From the NCBI RefSeq assembly GCF_006345805.1, contig NC_043025.1:9610001-9674000 (forward strand): a stretch of DNA of 64,000 nucleotides, read 5' to 3'. How positions within the stretch are numbered: position 1 is the first letter of the stretch; each line of letters starts with the position of its first letter. Below are positions 49,130-61,650 of this stretch, in pieces. This DNA comes from Octopus sinensis (lineage: Eukaryota). The notes beneath the pieces are model-generated. The model was not told the origin of the DNA and did no database searches. It was given only the letters and a program-made list of their open reading frames with translations. Both the position numbers and the translations under genes were made by a program.

Positions 49130-49825
49130 TAAATATCAATGGAAATAGTAGTTGTGATACCTGTGCCGGTGGCACATAAAAAGTACCATCTGAACGCTGC
49201 CGTTGCCAGTGCCGCCTCGACTGGCCTCTGTGCCGGTGGCACATAAAAGGCACCATCCGAACGTGGCCGATGCCAGCGCTGCCTCGACTGGCCTCTGTGC
49301 CGGTGGCACATAAAAGGCACCATCCAAACCTGGCCGATGCCAGCGCTGCCTTGGCTGGCTTCCGTGCCGGTGGAACGTTAAAAGCACCATCCGAACGCGG
49401 CCATTGCCAGTGCCGCCTCGACTGGCTTCTGTGTCGGTGGCACATAAAAAGCACTATCCGAACGTGGCCGATGCCAGCGCTGCCTCGAGTGGCTTCTCTG
49501 CCGGTGGCACATAAAAGGCACTCTCCGAACGTGGCCGATACCAGCGCCGCTTTGGCTGGCCTCCGTGCCGGTGGCACATTAAAAGCACCAACCGATCGTG
49601 GCCGATGTCAGACTCCCCTGGCATCTGTGCAGGTGGCACGTAAAAGGCACCCACTACACTCGCGGAGTGGTTGGCGTTAGGAAGGGCATCCAGCTGTAGA
49701 AACACTGCCAGACCAGACTGGAGCCTGGTGCAGCCTCCTGGCTCCCCAGATCCCTGGTCGAACTGTCCAACCCGTGCTAGCGCAGAAAACGGACGTTAAA
49801 CGATGATGATGATGATGATGAGGAT
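49130..49825 (+). mobile_element. RTE LINE 3'-UTR fragment with about 7 x 67-bp VNTR
   Basis: Same 3' terminus; the repeat unit contains GTGCCGGTGGCAC. Confidence 0.85.
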
Positions 49826-50328
49826 GAGGATGAAGGGATGCTGAAAAGATCCTGGCTTTTGTTAACACACACACGCACATATACTCTGCATAATATAAGA
49901 TATTCAATAGGCTTCTTTCGGTTTCTACCATCTCCTCTCAATAGGCCTAGGGTTATAGGGCTATAGCAGAAAACAGCTAGCAATGCTTATAAGTAGAATA
50001 TTTATGTATTTATTTCATTGACGATGATGACGATGACGATGATGGTTTCATTGTAACATAAATACACACATGTATACACAAACACACACACACACACACA
50101 CAATATATACTGTGCGTATAAAAGATTATAATACAAAATGTCTCCATGTCAAGAACATCTGCTTGTTCATATTTACAAAATGGGATTTTTTTTTTTTCCT
50201 CTGTGTTTTATTTCGAGTGCAACATACATAGCAATTGAAAATTCTAGTAAATTCTATTTGCAGAGTAAACAACATATATCAAAACGGAAGCCTGAAGAAA
50301 AATTTGATATAAATTTTTTTATTCTATA

Positions 50329-50716
50329 CTAGCAGTATCGCCCGGCGTTGCTCAGGTTTGTAAGGGAAATAACTATAAAGCATTTTTAGAGAGTTATAGC
50401 CAAAAAATAGCAAAGAAATGGAAAAAAAATGATGGTAAATTTTTTTTTTGAGAGTAATAAAAGGTTGAGTTGCGTCCCCTAGACAGTCTGTGGTTTGTTT
50501 TTTTTTATTCTCGACCCCATGTCGAATTTATCGATTTTTTTCAGAACTGGGGGAACTTTTCAAAATTTTCGCTGCGTTAGTTTTGAATTATGACATTGGG
50601 CTATGTGTGTGTCAAGTTTCATCAGAATCGGTTGAAAGCCGTGGTCAGGGTGAGGGTACGAGAAAACAGACACACAGAAACACGCACAGACAAACTGCCG
50701 TTTATATAGAGAGAGA
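50329..50716 (-). mobile_element. Chimeric non-autonomous Helitron (5' part like 26103, 3' part like 2127)
   Basis: The empty site CTATA^TTCCG is preserved in the duplicate at 51160/51161. Confidence 0.85.
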
Positions 50717-50948
50717 TTCCGTGTATTTCAGACAGAAATTCAAAAATCTTTGTCTGAAGAATTATGAATCGGAGATTCAGTTTTGCTTAGACATTATGAG
50801 ACTAACAGCCTTGTGTAGAACTCAATATACATGTTTTGGAATGACCTACTGGCTCAGTGGTTAGAGCGTCGAGCTTACGATCGTGAGGTTGTGAGCTTGA
50901 ATCCCGGACCGGGCTGCGTGTTGTGTTCTTGAGCAAGACACTTTATTT

Positions 50949-51075
50949 ATTATTTATAACAAGACACCGGCGTCTGGCGACAGACTTGGTAAACGCCCAC
51001 AAAGTTGTCAACCACCTCACCAATAACAAAACTGAACACCTTTTTGATCTCCATGTGTCTAACACACGTGGACAT
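50949..51075 (+). mobile_element. Short CR1-type LINE fragment
   Basis: RRRLATDLVNAHKVVN...SNTRGH resembles the CR1 ORF2 C-terminus. Confidence 0.6.
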
Positions 51076-51324
51076 TCTAGTAAATTCTATTTGCAGAGTA
51101 AACAAAATATCGATACGGAAGCCTGAAGAAAAATTTGATGTAAATTTTTTTTATTCTATATTCCGTGTATTTCAGACAGAAATTCAAAAATCTTTGTCTG
51201 AAGAATTATGAATCGGAGATTCAGTTTTGCTTATTGAACCAATCTGCAAATTGAAACAATTTGCAAATTGAACCAATCCTATGACTGGCACCCGGCAGAT
51301 GCCAGGACCCCTGGACTGGAGATA

Positions 51325-52320
51325 CGTAAAAAGCACTATCCGAATCGTGGCCGATGCCAGCGCCGCCTCGACTGGCTTCTGTGTCGGTGGCATGTAAAAA
51401 GCACCATCCGAATCGTGGCCGAAGCCAGTGCCGCCTCGACTGGCTTCCGTGTCGGTGGCACGTAAAAAGCACCATCCGAATCGTGGCCGATGCCAGCGCC
51501 GCCTCGACTGGCTTCTGTGTCGGTGGCATGTAAAAAGCACCATCCGAATCGTGGCCGAAGCCAGTGCCGCATCGACTGGCTTCCGTATCGGTGGCATGTA
51601 AAAAGCACCATCCGAATCGTGGCCGAAGCCAGTGCCACCTCGACTGGCTTCCGTGTCGGTGGCACGTAAAAAGCACCATCCGAATCGTGGCCGAAGCCAG
51701 TGCCGCCTCGACTGGCTTCCGTGCAGGTGGCATGTAAAAAGCACCATCCGAATCATGGCCGATGCCAGTGCCGCCTCGACTGGCTTCCGTGCAGATGGCA
51801 CGTAAAAAGCACCATCCGAATCGTGGCCGAAGCCAGTACCGCCTCGACTGGCTTCCGTGCAGGTGGCACATAAAAAGCACCATCCGAATCGTGGCCGATG
51901 CCAGTGCCGCCTCGACTGGCTTCCGTGCAGGTGGCACGTAAAAAGCACCATCCGAATCGTGGCCGAAGCCAGTGTCGCCTCGACTGGCTTCTGTGCAGGT
52001 GGCACGTAAAAAGCACCATCCGAATCGTGGCCGAAGCCAGTGTCGCCTCGACTGGCTTCCGTACAGGTGGCACGTAAAATGCACCAATCCGACCGTGGCC
52101 GATGCCAGCCTCACCTGGCTCCAGTGCAGGTGGCACGTAAAAAGCAACCACTACACTCACGGAGTGGTTGGCATTAGGAAGGGCATCCAGCTGTAGAAAC
52201 ATTGCCAGATAAGACCGGAGCCTGGTGCAGCCTCCTGGCTTCCCAGAACCCCGGTCGAACCGTCCAACCCATGCTAGCATGGAGAACGGATGTTAAACGA
52301 TGATGATGATGATGATGATG
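51325..52320 (+). mobile_element. RTE LINE 3'-UTR fragment with 11 x 68-bp VNTR
   Basis: Units start at 51333, 51401 ... 52013; same 3' terminus and (GAT)n tail. Confidence 0.85.
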
Positions 52321-52373
52321 ATTATGAGACTAACAGCCCTGTGTAGAACTCAATATACATGTTTTAGAATGAC

Positions 52374-52705
52374 CTACTGGCTCAGTGGTTAGAGCGTTGA
52401 GCTTACGATCGTGAGGTTGTGAGCTCGAATCCCGGACCGGGCTGCGTGTTGTGTTCTTGAGCAAGACACTTTATTTCACGTTGCCCCAGTTCACTCAGCT
52501 GTAGAAATGAGTTGCGACGTCACAGGTGCCAAGCTGTATCGGCCCCTTTGCCTTTCCCTTTGATAACACTGGTGACGTGGAGAGGGGAGGCCGGCAAGCA
52601 TGGGCGACTGCTGGTCTTCCATAAAACAACCTTGCCCAGACTTGTGCCTCAGAGGGTAACTCTCTAGGTGCAAACCCATGGTCAGTGTCTGACCGAAGGG
52701 GGTCA
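52374..52705 (+). mobile_element. Fourth tRNA-derived SINE (head CTGGCTCAGTGGTTAGAGC); truncated duplicate at 50846-50948
   Basis: Box A/B-like motifs followed by GTGTTCTTGAGCAAGACAC. Confidence 0.7.
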
Positions 52706-54531
52706 CAAAAAAAAAAAAAACTAGATGAGAATACAGCAGTTATAAGAAAAAGAGATGGCAAAGGAATAAATGATTATCTTATGCACTTCATTAGCTTACA
52801 GTTGTTTCTGCCATAAAATGCAGTGGACTCATCTTTAAGTACCTGACTAACACCTTACAGCTTCATCAGAGCCTTGAATATAAAGTGCAATTTATTTGAA
52901 GCTATGGTCAGTGTCTGACCGAAGGGGGGTCACAAAAAAAAAACTAGATGAGAATACAGCAGTTATAAGAAAAAGAGATGGCAAAGGAATAAATGATTAT
53001 CTTATGCACTTCATTAGCTTAAAGCTGTTTCTGCCATAAAATGCAGTGGACTCATATTTAAGTACCTGACTAACACCTTACAGCTTCATCAGAGCCTTGA
53101 ATATAAAGTGCAATTTATTTGAAGCTATAAGATGTTACTCAGACAATCACCAATGTGTCCACTGCATCATATAGCAGAAACATCTGTAAGGCAGTGAAGT
53201 GTATAACATAACTATCATTTTTTTCCTGTGTCATTTCATTTTCTTATCACCCCTCTATATTCATCTGACACTTCATTCTGAAACATACGTAAATTGAGTT
53301 CGCCTCCAGGTTGTATGTTACCTTTCTACATTTACACCTTTGTAACTCCTATTCTGTAATGAAACATGTGTGTGGCTGTGTGGTAAGTAGCTTGCTAACC
53401 AAACACATGGTTCCGGGTTCAGTCCCACTGCGTGGCATCTTGGGCAAGTGTCTTCTACTATAGCCCCGGGCCGACCAATGCCTTGTGAGTGGATTTGGTA
53501 GACGGAAACTGAAAGAAGCCTGTCGTATATATATATATATGTATGTATGTGTGTGTCTGTGTTTGTCCCCCCAGCATTGCTTGACAACCGATGCTGGTGT
53601 GTTTACGTCCCCGTCACTTAGCGGTTCGGCAAAAGAGACCGATAGAATAAGTACTGGGCTTACAAAAGAATAAGTCCCGGGGTCGATTTGCTCGACTAAA
53701 GGCGATGCTCCAGCATGGCCGCAGTCAAATGACTGAAACAAGTAAAAGAGTAACAAGGAATTACAAATATACCAAATTTTTCCAGTCTTTTGCTTTGATA
53801 CATGTATGTCACAAGGGGTCAGAGGCCCTTTCCAAGTCGTGGGCTCATAAATTCAGTTTCCCCCATCCACCATCGGATGGGATGCTGGTTTCTCACAGTA
53901 TTACTCTCTCTTTTACTTGTTTCAGTCATTTGACTGTGGCCATGCTGGAGCACCGCCTTTAGTCGAGCACATCGACTCCAGGACTTACTTTCTGTAAGCC
54001 TAGTACTTATCCTTATTTCTTTATTGCCCACAAGGGGCTGAAACATAGAGGGGACAAACACGGACATTAAGTCGATTACATCGACCCCAGTGCATAACTG
54101 GTACTTATTTAATCGACCCCAAAAGGATGAAAGGTAAAAATCGACCTCGGCAGAATTTGAACTCAGAACATAGTGGCAGACGAAATACCTATTTCTTTAC
54201 TACCCACAAGGGGCTAAACACAGAGGGGACAAACAAGGACACACAAGGACATTAAGTCGATTACTTCGATCTCAGTGCATAACTGGTACTTATTTAATCG
54301 ATCCCGAAAGGATGAAAAGCAAAGTCGACCTCGGCGGAATTTGAACTCAGAACGTAACGGAAGACGAAATATGGCTACGCATTTCACCCGGCTTGCTAAC
54401 GTTTCTGCCAGCTTGCCGCCTTAGTACTTATCCTATCAGTCTCTTTTGCTGAACCACTAAGTTACAGGGATGTAAACACACCAGCATCACTTGTCAAGTG
54501 ATGTTGGAGGGACAAACACAGACACACAAAC

Positions 54532-54565
<34 letters not shown>

Positions 54566-54575
54566 CATCATCATC

Positions 54576-54935
54576 ATCATCATCGTTTAGCGTCCGCTTT
54601 CCATGCTGGCATGGGTTGGACGGTTCGACCGGGGTCTGGGAAGCCAGAAGGCTGTACCAGGCCCAGTCTGATCTGGCAATGTTTCTATGGCTGGATGCCC
54701 TTCCTAACGCCAACCACTCTGTGAGTGTAGTGGGTGCTTTTTACGTGCCACCGGCACAGGTGCCAGACGTGGCTGGCAAACGGCCACGGTCGGATGGTGC
54801 TTTTTTACGTGCCACTGGCACGGAAGCCAGTCGGGGAGGGTCTGGCAAGGGCCACGTTCGGATGGTTCTCTTATTTGCCACCGGTATCACTGGTATCACA
54901 GCTACAATTTCCATTCATGTTGATTGATTTTCATT
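54576..54935 (-). mobile_element. RTE LINE 3'-UTR fragment inserted in the (TA)n linker of a SINE
   Basis: Reverse complement of the RTE terminus; (CAT)n abuts (TA)n. Confidence 0.8.
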
Positions 54936-56239
54936 TTTGATTTTTTGATTTACTCTCTTACTTGTTTCAGTCATTTGACTGCGGCCATGCTGGAGCACCG
55001 CCTTTAGTTGAGCAAATCGACCCCGGGACTTATTCTTTTGTAAGCCCAGTACTTATTCTATCAGTCTCTTTTGCCGAACCGCTAAGTGACGGGGACGTAA
55101 ACACACCAGCATCGGTTGTCAAGCAATGCTAGGGGGACAAACACAGACAAACAAACACACACACATACATATATATATATACATATATATGACAGGTTTC
55201 TTTCAGTTTCCGTCTACCAAATCCACTCACAAGGCATTGGTCGGCCCGGGGCTATAGCAGAAGACACTTACCCAAGATGCCACGCAGTGGGACTGAACCC
55301 GGAACCATGTGGTTGTTTAGCAAGCTACTTACCACACGGCCACTCCTGCGCCTTTAATATTTATTCAAATATTATACACAATCAAAATATTTTCATACTT
55401 GAAATTCTCAAAACTCTTACATTACAGAAACAAAAAACTGGTTATATATATATAAAAAATGCCAAAGATTCTATATCAGAAATATCATGGCTCCTAGCAA
55501 TCGTAATTATAGAAAAGTTTCCTCACGTCTTCATTATAAAAATTGGTACTCAAACACTGATGTTTACATAAGGCTGTCTCCAATACAGACATCGCCAGCA
55601 TGAATTAAATTCAAATTTTCTATAATTAAAGCATTATTATGGTTTGAAATTGTTCATCATATGTCTATGATTGTTCACTCAACTGATGGAATGTTTTCAG
55701 GGCATTGACCATTCAAACGATGTTACAATGTTTTTCTTCAATGTTAAACAGAATTGCAGAGCACTGTTCTTTACATTTATAATAATTAGTAATGTTTTAC
55801 ATGTATATAGGCTCAGGAGTGGCTGTGTGGTAAGTAGCTTGCTAACCAACCACATGGTTCCGGGTTCAGTCCCACTGCGTGGCATCTTGGGCAAGTGTCT
55901 TCTACTATAGTCCTGGGCTGACCAATGCCTTGTGAGTGGATTTGGTAGACGGAAACTGAAAGAAGCCTGTCGTATATATGTGTATATATATATATGTGTG
56001 TGTATGTGTTTGTGTGTCTGTGTTTGTCCCCCTAGCATTGCTTGACAACAGATGCTGGTGCGTTTACGTCCCCGTCAGTTAGCGGTTCGGCAAAAAGAGA
56101 CCAATAGAATAAGTACTGGGCTTACAAAAGAGTAAGTCCCGGGGTCGATTCGCTCGACTAAAGGCGGTGCTCCAGCATGGCCGCAGCCAAAGGACTGAAA
56201 CAAGTAAAAGGGTAAAAGAGAGAGTAATGTATACATATT

Positions 56240-56705
56240 TAGTCTGATCAATAAGTATCCGGACTGTTGCCATAGTAACGAAGCTAAAGCATGCAGGGTG
56301 AAGCCGCTTGCTACAGATCAAGTATGAACTCTGCTGTATATGCGCTCTAAGTTTTAACATTCTAGCTCACCCTCTGCTGTTTACAGCAGTGCTTGGAAGG
56401 AAGGTGTGTAGCGTGTGATTGGCACATTGACCCTGACAGAGAAAGTTGAGCAGAGAATCTGCATCAAATTTTGCCAAAAGCTTGGTGATACCTGCTCAGA
56501 GGCCTACGCAAAGTTTTCAAAGAGCTTTCATCATTCTTGACACAATCATGGAGAAACCCGAGTGTCTTTTTGGTCAGCTGAAAGCAGTTTTGACACAAAC
56601 TTGGTAGCGATAATCAACAGAACTGAACTGTAACTAATCTGCACATCCTCTGATATCTCACGGATGGCGATTCGACAATTTCTCCTCACAGCTGCATGTA
56701 CTGGT
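56240..56705. pseudogene. mariner remnant with internal inversion
   Basis: Plus strand TIR-like TCTGATCAATAAGTATCCGGACT and EQRICIKFCQKLGDT; minus strand 56540-56705 RIAIREISEDVQISYSSV...KFVSKLLSADQKDTRV. Confidence 0.72.
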
Positions 56706-56709
56706 GGCA

Positions 56710-57097
56710 AATCTTCCACCAAACCTTAGTCACAGTTTATGTTCCTAATACTAGCTGAATGATAACTAAGTTATTTTACTAAATTCTTTATTATATTTAA
56801 AGTAATTGAAAGAAACAGAGTATCTCAACAGAAATATGGTAACAAAAGGGTTAAAGTCACCATGATATTTTTAACCCTTTTGATACCAACCTGGCTGAAA
56901 CCAACTCTGGTTCTGTAGTACAAATGTCTTGTTTTCAGAAGTTTTGAATTAAAATCTTCCACCAAACCTTAGTCACAATTTTTGTTCCTAAGACTAGCTT
57001 AATGATAACTAAGTTATTGTACTCAATTCTTTGTTATATTTAAAATTAACTGAAAGAAACACAGAGCATCTCAAAATAAATACGGTAATGAAAGGGC
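56710..57097. mobile_element. Two piggyBac-like MITEs, inverted relative to the 60155 and 62486 arrays
   Basis: AAAAGGG-TTAA-spacer-TTAA-CCCTTT at 56844-56880. Confidence 0.8.
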
Positions 57098-57099
57098 AA

Positions 57100-60000
57100 A
57101 GATTTATATATAAAGAAAGAATATTATTGTTGTTATGTAATGTTAAGAGAGTGTTCTTATGCAGAACTTAAAGAAATAATGGCTATATGTTATAGAGAGT
57201 TATCTGAAGTTATTTTTTAGTGTATAGTTTTTTGTAATAGATTATGAAAAAGGCTAAAGTGAAAATCAATAATGTTACAAATTTAATATCTAAGTATACT
57301 ATATGTTACTAATTTCATTGGTGATGTAAATTTAAGTAATGTAATTAGAAATGAAAAAAAAGAAACTAAAACTTTTTGCTGGAAAATGTTAGACATATAA
57401 ATGTCAAAATTTATTATAAACTTGGTAAGAAGATAAGTAGTACTATATTTAATTATAATAAGCTCCTATCAAATGTCAATCTCAAAAGTTTTAAAGAAAT
57501 ATATATAGGAGATTGCAAATATAATAATTTGGAGTTTCGCTATAAAGAAAGAGATGTTTATACAGGAAATTTAGATATTAAAAATGAGAAACTGAGGGAG
57601 GTTTTGAGCAAAGGGACGAAATATCGAGAACAAGGTAAAATTATCTTTATATATAAAAAAGAGAGGTTGTGTGTCTGTCTCCTACGATTTAGATTCCTAA
57701 CTACTCCCACATTTTGCAGTGCAGTTTAAGCAAATTCGGGTATCTTATAGTCGTGATTCACATCGAGCCCTTCTGGGTATTAGCGCGCGTCTACGATTTA
57801 AAAATAAATTTACCATCATTTTTTTCCATTTTAATGCATTTTTTCGCTATTATATAAGGGAAGTAACTCTCTAAAAATGCTTATATAGTTATTTCCCTTA
57901 CAAACCCGAGCAACGCCGGGCAATACTGCTAGTTTCATTATAATAAGCTCCTATCAAATGTCAGTCTCAAAAGTTTTAAAGAAATATATCTCGGAGATTG
58001 CAAATATAATAATTTGGAGTTTCGCTATAAAGAAAGAGATGTTTATACAGGAAATTTAGATATTAAAAATGAGAAACTTAGGGAGGTTTTGGGTTCCGGG
58101 TTCAGTCCCACTGCGTGGCATCTTGGGCAAGTGTCTTCTGCTATAGCCCCGGGCTGACCAATGCCTTGTGAGTGGATTTGGTAGACGGAAACTGAAAGAA
58201 GCTTGTCGTATATATGTATATATATATATACATATATATATGTGCGTGTGTGTGTTTGTGTGTCTGTGTTTGTCCCCCTAGCATTGCTTGACAAACGATG
58301 CTGGTGTGTTTACTTCCCCGTCACTTAGCGGTTTGGCAAAAGAGACCGATAGAATAAGTACTGGGCTTACAAAGAATAAGTCCCGGGGTTGATTTGCTCG
58401 ACTAAAGGCGGTGCTCCAGCATGGCCGCGGTCAAATGACTGAAACAAGTAAAAGAGATAAAAGAGAGATATTGTTGTATTTAGGAATGGTCATTTTTGCC
58501 AGTTTAGCCAATAAAAACACACGCACTATATATTTGGTGTTACTTTGCTTCAGTGTTATTAATTTTTACATTAATTTTAATCTTATTTCGACCATTCCTA
58601 CAACAATAACTGTTTCAACACACGATTTCACATCAAAAATCTTGCAAAACAAATTTATTAAATATAATTTATAGAAAACAATTGCAGCATGGAAGGTGTT
58701 TATAAGACATTTAAAACGACACAGAAACAGTGACAAAATTCCATGAACATTTCACAGTCTCAAAGCGATGAAAATATTTTAACAAATTAAAATTTAAATG
58801 TTGAAGTGAATCTCATGGTTTTTGTGTTTTTAAATGGCTTATAAACACCTTCCACGCAGCGATTGTTTTTATTTCAGCAAATGATCTCAGATCAGGTCAC
58901 TTGCTATGCAAGTACATCTTTGTAATTTAAAGAAAGTTATATTAAAAGCCATTAAGGATTTTATAACTGAATTAAATCTCAAATATAAAGTTAAATTGGT
59001 GGAATCCAAAAGCTGGGTTAGTAAATTTACTTTTGTGGTATTTAAGTACATAAAGAAATTTAATAAGTGGATAGGAAAAGATTCAGTTTTGAATAAACCA
59101 CTAGTTAATGGGTATATAAATGAATTACATGAAAAGTGTGTGATAGTGCCAGCAGATAAAGCAGTAGGGAATTTTGTAGTAATTTGTAAAAAATATTATA
59201 TGCCGATGCCAGCGCCGCCCCGACTGGCTTCTGTGCCGGTGGCACATAAAAAGCACCATCCAAACGTGGCCGATGCCAGCGCCGCCCTGACTGGCTCCAT
59301 CCGAACGTTGCCAGAGCCACCTTGGCTGGCTTCCATGCCGCTGGCATGTTAAAAGCTCCAACCGATCGTGACCAATGCTGGACCCCGCCTGGCACCTGTG
59401 TAGGTGGCACGTAAAAAGCACCCACTTCACTCGCGGAGTGATTGGCGTTAGGAAGGGCATCCAGCCGTAGAAACTCTGCCAGATCAGACTGGAGCCTGGA
59501 GCAGCCCCTGGCTTCCCAGACCCCCGTTGAACCGTCCAACCCGTGCTAGCATGGAAAGCAGACGTTAAATGATGATGATGATGATGATAGGAAAAGATTC
59601 AGTTTTTATTTAAACCACTAGTTAATGGGTATATAAATGAATTACATGAAAAGTGTGTGATAATGCCATCAGATAAAGCAGCAGGGAATTTCGTAGTAAT
59701 TTGTAAAAAATATTATATGTAGGTGAGGAGTTAGGAGTAGATAAAGAATTTAAGTTTATAGATAATAACACATACAAAGTTATACAGGAAAATGTTAACG
59801 AGATATTTAATAGACTTATACCCACAATAGAAGCCTGAGTGGTTTAGAAGTGGAAGAAAAAGATAAATATATATATCTCAACTTGTTTGGATTCCTAAAC
59901 TGCTTACAGTTAATTTTAAATGTAGATTCATAATAAGAGCTAGAAGTTGTACAAATAAACAGCTATCTATATTGGTTAAAAAGTAGTTAGAACATTTTTT

Positions 60001-60150
60001 AAGAAGCATTCTGATAAGATTTATAACATTTTGGGAATTGATAGTTTTTGGAGCGTTAGATCAATGAAGATATTTCTGGAAAGACTGATTGAATGCAAAA
60101 AAGTTAAGAGTATGTATGGGTATGATTTTTTGATGCTTTATACAAACTTA
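57100..60150 (+). pseudogene. Penelope-like (Naiad-type) linker and RT N-terminal remnant, interrupted by Helitron, SINE, MITE and RTE insertions
   Basis: ISSTIFNYNK...YTGNLDIKNEKLREVLSKGTKYRE, VIVPADKAVGNFVVICKKYY and YDFLMLYTN resemble PLE RT motifs; stops and frameshifts present. Confidence 0.72.
59203..59585 (+). mobile_element. RTE LINE 3'-UTR fragment with an approximately 133-bp flanking direct repeat
   Basis: RTE terminus; 59070-59202 is repeated at 59586-59719. Confidence 0.82.
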
Positions 60151-60154
60151 AATC

Positions 60155-60996
60155 TTAACCTTTTCTTTACTGTATTTATTTTGGGATGCTCTGTGTTTCT
60201 TTCAATTAATTTTAAGTATAACAAAGAATTTAGAAAAATAACTTAGTTATCATTAAGCTAGTGTTAGGAACATAAATTGTGACTAAGGTTTGGTGGAAGA
60301 TTTTAAGTCAGAACTTATGAAAGCAAGACATTTGTACTCAGAGCCAGAGCCAGGTTGGTAATGAAAGGGTTAAACACACCTCTACATTTGGGCAGATGCA
60401 CATTAGAAGCAGTTGGAAGGGTGTGTATTGAAGGAAATTTAGGCTATTATTTCTAGCATATAGAGTGGCCAGATTGAGGTCTCCTTCTCTCATGTCTTCT
60501 GCTGATTATTTTTCTTCTTAACCCTTTTGTTAACCATATTTCTGTTGAGATGCTCTGTGTTTCTTTCAATTAATTTTAAGTATAACAAAGAATTTAGAAA
60601 AATAACTTAGTTATCATTAAGCTAGTGTTAGGAACATAAATTGTGATTAAGGTTTGGTGGAAGATTTTAATTCAGAACTTTTGAAAACAAGACATTTGTA
60701 CTACAGAACCAGGGGCAGTTTCAGCAGGGTTGGTATGGAAAGGGTTCAAAAATATCATGGTGACTTTAACCCTTTTGTTACCATATTTCTGTTGAGATGC
60801 TCTGTGTTTCTTTCAATTAATTTTAAATATAACAAAGAATTTAGTAAAATAACTTAGTTATCATTCAGCTGGTATTAGGAACATAAATTGTGACTTAAGG
60901 TTTGGTGGAAGATTTTAATTCAGAAATTTTGAAAACAAGACGTTTGTACTACAGAACCAGGGGCGGTTTCAGTAGGGTTGGTATGGAAAGGGTTAA
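60155..60996. mobile_element. Three tandem piggyBac-like MITEs (about 225-230 bp) separated by spacers
   Basis: TTAA-CCCTTT...AAAGGG-TTAA termini. Confidence 0.82.
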
Positions 60997-61254
60997 GTTT
61001 AGCCCAAATGAATGAAACTTCCTGCAGGGGTTATGTGTGTGCATCAGGTGAACAGGTGCAAAAGGAAGGTGTGTGTCTTTGAAGTAAACAAAATGAGTGA
61101 ATCGATTCCTAGCTAAAAAAAATTATTCACTGGACTTAATTTGTCATTGGTATGCATAATTCTTCACTACATACAAAATGTTGACAACTGTCATGAGTTG
61201 CTAGAAATACGAACAGGGTACATCTGTGGAAGTGATGTGTCAGAAATCAATGTT

Positions 61255-61287
<33 letters not shown>

Positions 61288-61650
61288 GTGCGCGCGTGTG
61301 TGTGTATGTGTGTGTGTGTGCGTGTGCGTGTGTGTGTGTGTGTGTAGTTCATCTGAGATCAGTAATCTACCGTGGAACTTTGAACATTTCTCTCGGTCTC
61401 TGCGGTCTGCGAAAACCTTCTGTCGGCATGTAGACCTTTCACGTCAGCCTGCTAGGCCTTTCTTCTTGTCTCTCCCTCTGATGACCACCATATTTATAAG
61501 AATTGTGGCAGCTAGAAGGACAGACATACTGCAGAAGAGTTTGTACCTAAATAGGTCAGCTCCTGTCCATTTGAACTTTGCCTGACATGGCTGAGGTTGT
61601 AGGTCAAAGGGAGATGACCAATCACTTTTTGACAGGACAAAGAAAACCTT

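Larger units (their letters stand above)
17690..58465. repeat. Further S1 SINE copies: 17690-18085(-), 21175-21570(+), 24112-24555(+), 24945-25375(-), 27480-27882(-), 30570-30975(+), 32215-32610(-), 38370-38825(-), 39357-39765(+), 41515-41885(+), 53370-53755(+), 54950-55352(-), 55808-56225(+), 58092-58465(+)
   Basis: Each copy matches the S1 consensus; the span given is only the envelope of dispersed copies. Confidence 0.85.

Noticed and set aside
51184-52147. 273- and 308-aa repetitive ORFs, and a CRISPR-like look of the 62-68 bp arrays
   Set aside because: The units abut with no unique spacers, there are no cas genes, the context is eukaryotic, and the arrays lie in an RTE 3' UTR.
53275-53357. 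Possible AG...GT micro-exon on the minus strand
   Set aside because: The translations have stops or no similarity to the expected GRSTSLKRDFK segment.
61346-61620. More GC-balanced unique segment considered as the missing GKEGP exon or a nested gene
   Set aside because: No CLC motif in any frame, stops on both strands and no convincing splice pair; left unassigned.
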